Assembly: GCF_009914755.1 (NCBI RefSeq)
Contig: NC_060926.1
Origin: the human T2T-CHM13v2.0 reference genome, Homo sapiens
Strand: one strand, 5' to 3'
DNA: 64,000 bases
Below are positions 55,795-64,000 of the stretch, piece by piece. The first letter of the stretch is position 1; the number at the start of each line of letters is the position of its first letter. Both the position numbers and the translations under genes were made by a program. The notes beneath the pieces were generated by a model that saw only the letters and a list, made by a program, of their open reading frames with translations, was not told where the DNA came from and ran no database searches.

Positions 55795-57107
55795 TAAGAG
55801 GTGACAGCATGCTGGCAGTCCTCAGAGCCCTCGCTTGCTCTCCGCACCTCCCCTGCCTGGGCTCCCACTTTGGTGGTATTTGAGGAGCCCTTCAGCCCCC
55901 CCACTGCACTGTGGGAGCCCCTTTCTGGGCTGGCCAAGGCTGGAGCCCACTCCCTCAGTTTGCAGGGAGGTTTGGAGGGAGAGGCACGAGCGGGAACCGG
56001 GGCTGCTTGCGGGCCAGCTGGAGTTCCCGGTGGGCGTGGGCTTGGTGGGCCCCGCACTCAGAGCAGCCAGCCAGCCCTGCTGGCCCGGGGCAATGGGGGA
56101 CTTAGCACCCGGGCCAGTGGCTGCGGAGGGTGTACCGGGTCCCCCAGCAGTGCCGGCCCACCGGCGCTGTGCTCGATTTCTCGCCGGGCTTTAGCTGCCT
56201 TCCCACGGGGCAGGGCTCGGGACCTGCAGCCCGCCATGCCTGAGCCTCCCACCCACTCCATGGGCTCCTGTGCGGCCCGAGCCTCCCCGACGAGCACCAC
56301 CCCCTACTCCACGGCGCCCAGTCCCATTGACCACCCAAGGGCTGAGGAATGTGAGCGCACGGCGCAGGACTGGCAGGCAGCTTCACCTGCAGCCCCGGTG
56401 CGGGATCCACTAGGTGAAGCCAGCTGGGCTCCTGAATCTGATGGGGACGTGGAGAACCTTTGTATCTAGCTCAGGGATTGTAAACGCACAAATCAGCGCC
56501 CTGACAAAACAGGCCACTCGGCTATACCAATCAGCAGGATGTGGGTGGGGCCAGATAAGAGAATAAAAGCAGGCTGCCCGAGCCAGCATTCGCAACCCGC
56601 TTGGGTCCCCTTCCACACTGTGGAAGCTGTGTTCTTTCACTCTTTGCAATAAATCTTGCTACTGCTCACTCTTTGGGTCCACGCTGCTTTTATGAGCTGT
56701 AACACTCACCGCGAAGATCTGCAGTTTCACTCCTGAGCCCAGCAAGACCACGAGCCCACCGGGAGGAACGAACAACTACAGACGCGCTACCTTAGCAGCT
56801 GTAACACTCACCGTGAAGGTCTGCAGCTTCACTCCTGAGCCAGCGAGACCACGAGCCCACCGGGAGGAACGAACGACTCCAGATGCGCTGCCTTAAGGGC
56901 TGTAACACTCACCGCGAAGGTCTGCAGCTTCACTCCTGAGCCAGCGAGACCACGAACCCACCAGAAGGAAGAAACTCCAAACACATCTGAACATCAGAAG
57001 GGGCAGACTCCAGACGCGCCACCTTAAGAGCTGTAACACTCACCGCGAGGGTCCGCGGCTTCATTCTTGAAGTCAGTGAGACCAAGAACCCACCAATTCC
57101 GGACACA
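55795..57107 (+). mobile_element. LTR12C (ERV9) solo LTR
   Basis: 'gaggtgacagcatgctggcagtcctcagagccctcgcttgctctc'; CpG-rich U3; CCAAT 56527, GATA 56553, TATA-like 56562; U5 repeats; end 'ccaattccggacaca'; 4-bp TSD ggat 55791-94 / 57108-11. Confidence 0.95.
56696..57060 (+). repeat. LTR12C U5 tandem repeats (about 101-bp unit)
   Basis: 'gctgtaacactcacc' starts at 56696, 56798, 56899 and 57030. Confidence 0.9.
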
Positions 57108-57568
57108 GGATGACCTGCCCTTGACCTTTCCCCTCTCCAGCCCATCCTCCATAATGATACCAGAGTGACCTTTCTAATCTCAGATTTGACTGTGTTGGTC
57201 TCTACTTAAAAACTTTTAATAATCGACTTCAGATAAGGCCACAGTCCTTGATGTGACATATGATGTCTTCCACTGTGTGATCACAACTTCTTTTCCTGCA
57301 ATTCCCCCATTCAGCCAGTTCAAACTTCTCATCATTCCCTCAAACCTTTCCCTACCCCACTCTTTCCTACCCCACAATCAGCCTGACAAAACGAAACTAT
57401 TCATTCCTCAAGACACAGTTTCTCTGTGAAACTTCTTTGGCTTCCTCATCCCCCTGTTAGGCCAAATACCTACAACGGTGCTAGCTCAGAGGTTTTCAAT
57501 CAGCACTTGATGAGGGAGGGAAGGAAGGAAGAAAGGAAAGAGAAGGCAGGCAGGCAGGCAGGCAGGCT

Positions 57569-58193
57569 GGTCAGAGGTGTTTGAACCACAGTGACCATCT
57601 TATATAGAGGCTGGGTAAAATGAGGCTGAGACCGACTGGTCTGCATTCCCAGGAGGTGAGGCATTCTAAATCACAGGATGAGATAGGTGGGCACAAGATA
57701 CAGGTCACAAAGGCTTTGCTGATAAAACAGGTCACATTAAGGAAGCCGGCCAAAGCCCACTAAAACCAAGATGGTGATGAAATTGACCTCTGGTCGTCCT
57801 CACTGCTCATTATATGCTAATTATAATGAATTAGCGTGCTAAAAGACACTCCCACCAGCGCCATGACAGTTTACGAATGCCATGGCAACATCAGGAAACT
57901 ACCCTATATGGTCTAAAAAAGGGAGGAACCCTCAGTTCCGGAAATTGCCCACCCCTTTCCCAGAAAATCCATGAATAATGCACCCCTTGTTTAGCATACA
58001 ATCAAGAAATAACAATAAGTATAAGCAGCTGAGCAGCCCATGCCACTGCTCTGCCTGTGAAGTAGCCATTCTTTATTCCTTTACTTTCTTAAACTTGCTT
58101 TCAGTGATTATATGGACTTCCCCTGGATTCTTTCTTGAGCAAGATCCAAGAACTCTCTCTTGGGGTCTGGATTGGGACTCCTTTCTGGTAACA
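57569..58193 (+). mobile_element. MER41B ERV1 solo LTR
   Basis: 'tcagaggtgtttgaaccacag...ggctgggtaaaatgaggctgagacc'; contains the GAS-bearing segment 'aaccctcagttccggaaattgcccacccctttcccagaaaa' that MER41A lacks; end 'ctttctggtaaca'. Confidence 0.9.
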
Positions 58194-58432
58194 GAAAAAA
58201 GGAAGGAAGGACAGGAGGAAGGGAACAAGGAAGAAGAAAGGAACGAAGGAAAGGAGGGAGGGAGGAAGGAAGGAAGATGCAGAAGAGGAAGGAAGAACAG
58301 AAGGAAGGAAGGAAGAGATGAAGAGAGGGAGGAAGGAAGATGGGAGAGAAGGAGGAATAGAGGAAGGGACGGAGGATTAGGAAGGAAGGGATGGGAGAGA
58401 GTGGAAGGAAGGAGGGAGGATGAGGAAGGAAC
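58194..58432. repeat. Polypurine GGAA/GGGA-rich low-complexity tract (left part at 57512-57567)
   Basis: Near-pure G/A tract on both sides of MER41B. Confidence 0.9.
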
Positions 58433-58543
58433 GATACGTATGATGCCCCAGGCATCATTGGGCCCTTTCCTCCTCTGTGGAAAGCATGGAAAGTGCCATT
58501 GGCTCCTGGAGTAGCCCCATGGGGCCTCCTGGGCATGACATTT

Positions 58544-59234
58544 TGTTACACGTGTTAGGCATGAGTGGGGCAGGAGAGGGCTCTCCCCCAACCCGCTGGA
58601 AATGGCAGGTGATGGTTTGGCAATTATTGCATTCCCTCTCTAAAAATGATAATTCGGCACCCAGGGAGAGACCAGCTGCTGACGACCCACATTTTTTAAC
58701 ATTAAAAGTGTTAAATGAATGCAGACCCCAGGGAGAAGCGGCTTCCTGGGCATGCGCGTTAAGAGACAAAATGGCGAAGTATGACGTGCCAGGACACGGC
58801 ACTGGAAAAAGGAAAAATGCTTCAGATGGGCATGTGTGTAACTCCCTAAACACACTGTGCCTGCTCAATTCCAAAGGGTAAGGAGAGCACTGCGCATGCG
58901 GGAAGCCCACCCTCAGGGAAGAATCATGGGAAAGAGGCGAGTCTATCAAGTCCTAGGATCACAGTTAAAGCCCCACCTTTTTTTTTTCTTTCACTCTTTT
59001 CTCTTTTGAACATTCAGGCGCCCGCTTGGGTCTCTTCCAAGCAAACTTTCCTTTCTTTCCTGTTCTAAAGCCTTTTTAAATAAACTTCCACTCCTGCTCT
59101 GAAACTTGCCTCGGTCTCTTTTTCTGCGTTATGCCCCTCAGTCGAATTCTTTCTTCTCAGGAGGCAAGGGCTGAAGTGGCTACAGACCCAGACGGATGCA
59201 CCTCCCGTAACTCGAATCTCTTCCACCGCTAACA
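58544..59234 (+). mobile_element. LTR9-family ERV1 solo LTR
   Basis: Start 'tgttacacgtgttaggcatgagtggggcaggagagggctctcccc'; internal 'gttaagagacaaaatggcgaagtatg'; end 'ccgctaaca'; near-TSD attt/gttt. Confidence 0.8.
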
Positions 59235-62051
59235 GTTTTGTCCCAGCTCATCGGTGGAGGTTGAACTAGAGACCATCCTCTCATTACTACTGGATTCAAG
59301 TAGTTTTGTTGTTCCCCCGCCACCCCACCCCCGCCCCTTGGGATAACTCCCTCCCACTGTGGGCTATTTTCCTAAGCCAATGAGACACACCAAGTGTTTT
59401 CCAAAAGATCTACAGCGCTGCAGGGTGCTGCGGTCTCAGTGGAGGGAGCCTTTCTCACTCGTCCCTATGGGGCGCCCTCACATTTAATTCAGCCTATCTC
59501 TCCAGCCTGACGGGGCCTCTTGGCCTTTGACCCTGATGCCCTCATTTGATAAGCATATCATCTACGTCTTCAGCTCCATAGCTTCTAGAATCATTACACA
59601 GGCCTAAACATCCTGCTGAAACCTCCCTCATGTGACCTCAATCTTTTCCTCCATCAACACCCCTTGGGCGTGGTCATTCACCCCTGGAGAGCTGGGTAGG
59701 AGCAAAGCCTCACTCAGGGTGACCTCAGAAGATAGGGAAGAGAGAAAAACCTGCCCCAGCGGTGCTCAGACAGCCCTGTGGAAAAGAAGGGGAGGCCAGG
59801 CTGACCCAGGAAGGGTCGACATGTTGTTGTGGCACTGTAAATTCTTCACCCCGGAAGCTGGCATCCCTCCTGCCCCTTCCTCTGCCTCTGTTTCTCCCTC
59901 TTCCTGCCTGACTTCTGTGAGTTCCCTCTTGAAATTCCCAAGAGAGTTCTGTTGGCCAGCTAGTCACCATCCAGGATGGAGCACACCAGGCAGGCAAAAT
60001 CCCACCCCAAAGGATGGCTCATGCACACTCATCTTCAGCCAACAGATGACTTCCTTGGACCCAAGTTCTGATTCCTAGGCCAACCAGCTGTGGCCAGAGG
60101 GACAGGGTCCCAGACCACAACTCCCAGCACTTGCTTGCAAGGCTGCTTTCCTGAGAAGCGGTGGTGGGAATGGCAGGCGTGTGGAGTCCCACAGACCAGC
60201 ACTTCTGGCACCCAGCCCATGAGAACAGAAGTTTGAGGCTTGTAGGCTGTGGGGGAGCTGGGGTCTGGAACTAGACCTGCCCCTGGAGCAGCCGTCTAGT
60301 TCCTGCCCCTGATAATGGCACAGCTGGCTGTTATCAGGGGCAAGAAGTGCAGTTGGGCCAGTGGAAAAAGAGCAAATTGGCAGCTGATACTGCCCAGGTA
60401 GGGCCCGCCTAGGAGCCCTGCCCAGAAACAGGCAGCCAAAGAGAGGAGCCCAGCAATGGATGTCCATGGGCACCATGGCAGGCCTGGCTCTTATCTTACC
60501 AGTGGACTGGAAGACAAGAGACAGGCCCAACACTTGGATGGACTGGAGTTTCTGAAAGGGCCAAAGGCAGAATCCAGACCTGGAAGCACGATGGGGCCTC
60601 ATATGAGACTGGTTCAAAGGCAAGCCCTAGTCTCTGGATCTGGAGCAGTAGGTCATGGCCAAGCTGCAAATGGGAAATAATATCATTCCCTTACCCAATT
60701 ACATACATAACTCCTTACATTTCCCACACCCTGGTTGGGGATTATTCCTGAATCAGCCTTCTCAATTAACTGGGAATCCACCTGGCTTCAGCTTAGGGAC
60801 AGGAAAGAGACAGGGTCAGAGAAGTGCCAGGTAGTCCCAGCCCAAGGGTCTCCATTTGGTCTCACAGGGTGACTTGAGAGACTTGGGGAAACAGACACTT
60901 CTGCCTCCCACCCTAGTCCCCGCTCCCACCTCCTAATCTGGAACCCATTAAAAATGAACATGAAGGAATTTCATAGGTCTGTCAAGCAGAGCCAGGTGTG
61001 TTCCTGGTGGCGACCACTTTCCTTTCTACAGATTCACAAACTCTGTTTTTATCCACCCAGAGAAGGAGCCTACCTGGGTTTGATGCATTCTGCCCTAGTC
61101 CTTCCCCTCTCCAGGTATTAAATTCAGAATGCCATCTGACCACGTGTCTTGACCTCCCTCCCAGTTTCCACACTGACTTGCCAGTGTACAATTGCACAGT
61201 TCTCTCCAGACCTGCTGGGTATGACTCGAGGCTTACCAATAGGATTTTCAGAATATCGATTGATTACCCTGGGGCAATGGCTGGGTACTGTCTGAGTAAT
61301 CAGGTTCAAAAGGGCAGTGATAGAATTGAACATATGCATTTGTTCTGGACCATTCACCTAAGGGAAGAGAAAATTTGGCCCAGGAGAACAGAAGGAGCAG
61401 TGGTTCACACCAAGGGGAAGCGCTCCCTGGGGTGTGGTTAGCATGTGAGCAAATTCCTCACTCATTTCATTCGATCAAGTCCAAACTCCTCGGCCTCAAT
61501 GAGGAAATGAGTCTAAAGCAGCCAGCAGTTTTTCAATGTATTGCTACCGTGCATTTGGAAACATGAACATAAACCAGTAGTGATAAGATACTGGAAAATT
61601 ATTTCACTTGAAAGGCGGTGAGAAGGCCAGTGAGTTCAAGTGGAAAGGACTTGCTCATTGCTTATCTTAGTCATCTCTTCCCTCCAAAAGTGCAGAAAAT
61701 TAGAGGCACCCCTAGGAGAGAAGCAGGAGGCATAAAGGTCCTAGAGGACCGTGAGCATGGAACCAGGCATCTGCTTCCCTCCTGGACCTCTACTGACCCC
61801 CTCAGCATGAACATTCCAACCACCTTAGTAAACAAAACAGAAACAACATCCTCAATAGCGAAAGGACTAAATAAATTATACAATGGTTTAATATGCATTT
61901 AATTTATATTTACTTAATATAACAATACAATACATTTTATATAAAATGGTAAAATTTTATACCCCTGTTAAAATTGGAGTTTTAAGTAGCAGGTGCTGCT
62001 TTTATAAGTAAATATCACCATTACTAAACAAAAGCCAAACATTTTGGTTTA

Positions 62052-62352
<301 letters not shown>

Positions 62353-62599
62353 TTAAAAGCATTGATTGGTACAAAGGTATCAAAACAGAAAAATAATAAT
62401 AAAAGAATTGACTTTACAGGTTATATTAACCCTCCCTCTTTTTTCCATTCAGTGGAAGTCTTTTAATTTGTCTTGCCCACTGTCTGCTGACTCTTCTGAT
62501 CCTTTGGTTTTTAAATTTTATAGGAGTAGCTTGCAGCGTTCCTGCCTCTCTGGCCTATCCAGTCCCATTCTCCTGTCACCATCTCTGTGGGCTCCCTTC

Positions 62600-63560
62600 C
62601 CCAGCAAGCTTCTCCTTAGAGGAGTCCAGACCTACTACCTCATCTCCTCTCCTCCCATCCTCACCGCAGCATTTTGCAATCCACCCTCTGCCTCTGTTGC
62701 TCCAAGGTAACCAGCAGCCTCTGGTGCTAAATCCAGTATGTGATTTTCAGGCCCTGCAGTGCAATTTCTCCGTAGAGTTGGATACTCGGCAACTCCCTGC
62801 TTCTCCCAAGTTCCTCTCCTGTTAACTCCCATATATCCTCTCTCCTTGCTTTCCCCCATTGCCCTCCTTTGGGGCCTCTCTTCCTTAGAGGCTGGGGTTC
62901 CCCAGCGTTCTCTCCTGAGTGCACTTTCTTCTCCCTCTACCCACAGCCCCCTGAGGCAGAGGACCAATATGACCTCCAGGGACCCTCCTGAGCTCCAGAT
63001 CCAAATCCCATAGGACCTCAAACCTGGCCTATGATCTCTTCCCCCATGGCCATCTCCTGCCCCTCCTCCCAGTTGTTCCTCTCAGCTGCGGGTTCCACCA
63101 CCCAACCAGCTACTCGGTCTAAAATGTGGGGGATTTTCTTAACTCCTCCCTTTCCCTTATGGCCCTTATCCAGCCCATTTTCAAGTCCTATAAATGCCTT
63201 ATCCTTAGTAGCTCTCAAACCCGTTCCCCCTCCACCTCCTTCTCAGTCCTGGTGTCCTCTTGGATCACCAGGACACTGGGGAAGTCTCCTAACTGTCCTT
63301 GTTGGCCGTCCCATCCCCATCGCCACCCTCACTTCAATTCATCCTCCACCCAAGGAGTGATTTTTATAAAATGCAAATCTGAGGATCCCATTCCCTTTTA
63401 AAAAATTTATCCAGGGGCACTCCAGCCTGGGCCACAGAATGAGACTCTGTCTCCAAAGGAAAAAAACAAAAAAAAAATGTCTCCAGGGGTCCTCGTCTCC
63501 TTTGCAGGACAGCCCTGCCTGGGTCAGCCTTCAGCCCTCATTCTGAAGCACCCAGCTCTG
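62600..63560 (+). mobile_element. L2 LINE fragment
   Basis: Pyrimidine-rich L2 motifs 'ctctggtgctaaatcca', 'ctcctgagctccagatccaaat', 'gagtgatttttataaaatgcaaatctga'. Confidence 0.75.
63417..63477 (+). mobile_element. Severely 5'-truncated Alu (3' 60 bp) inserted in the L2
   Basis: 'gcactccagcctgggccacagaatgagactctgtctccaaa...aaaa' flanked by a degenerate duplicate aaaaaat(tta/gtc)tccagggg. Confidence 0.75.
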
Positions 63561-64000
63561 CAGCTCCCACCCTGCACCAGGCCTCACCCCTAGTCCATAC
63601 ACCGAACTCTTCCTTTATCTCCTCCAGCAGGAGCAATAACCCAAGCTTCCTGGTCTTAATCAAAATCCTACTGCTATGTGCCCTGGGTTGGCCAACACCT
63701 GGCCAGCCTCTAGGAACAAATGAGGCCACCATCTTGATAAGAACCTAGATTTCTCTGGTCCATATCATGCAAGAATCTGGCATCTTACAATCTCCGCTCC
63801 AATTATAGGAGTCCCCTGGGCACCTCACCTATGTCCACACACAAGTCCAGTTGCCACCCAGTGGTCTGCTGAGCACTTGTTGGGGATGGAATGTTGCCTT
63901 GTCAATGTTTTTGTCTCCCTTCCCCTCTGTGTAGCTGTCAAGCAGTCTGAACCGTCCTGACCCCATCACAACTCTGAGGGGGGATCCTGCTCCATCTAAA

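Noticed and set aside
55801-56469. 222-aa ORF and CpG-island-like composition
   Set aside because: Entirely within the LTR12C U3 region; not a host gene or gene-associated CpG island.
56696-57060. Regularly spaced repeats superficially like a CRISPR array
   Set aside because: The units are near-identical along their full length with no unique spacers; they are LTR12 U5 repeats in eukaryotic DNA.
57978-58591. Charged or hydrophobic 140-180-aa ORFs
   Set aside because: Translations of the GGAA polypurine tract.
61455-61515. Possible hairpin (actcatttc...gaaatgagt)
   Set aside because: Only a 9-bp stem with a large loop, too weak for a pre-miRNA call.
61860-62040. AT-rich stretch with minus-strand ATTAAA motifs resembling a 3'UTR end
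   Set aside because: Such motifs are expected in AT-rich DNA, and no linked exon or poly(A) remnant is visible.

Overview
Primate (human or great-ape) non-coding genomic DNA. I find no host protein-coding exon, RNA gene or CRISPR array. There are three compositional zones. About 1-12 kb is GC-rich and largely unique, with MIR/L2 relics and many AP-1 motifs. About 12.3-47.5 kb is AT-rich and almost entirely transposons: old L1M scaffolds with nested L1PA13-16, Alus, MaLR/ERV solo LTRs, MER11 and a full-length L1PA2-like LINE-1. About 47.5-64 kb is GC-rich again, with solo LTRs (MER52, LTR12C, MER41B, LTR9), Alus and L2. The only credible CDSs belong to the full-length L1 at 33061-39100: intact ORF1, intact antisense ORF0, and an ORF2 broken after a complete endonuclease domain. 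I see no evidence for a new biological system. The best leads are this L1's residual coding potential, a GAS-bearing MER41B in a tight LTR cluster, an LTR12C with a collapsed enhancer array, a possible tiny retroposed mRNA 3' end inside an L2, and putative enhancer clusters. Subfamily names come from recalled consensus sequences and need RepeatMasker/Dfam confirmation. Boundaries without a TSD are approximate.
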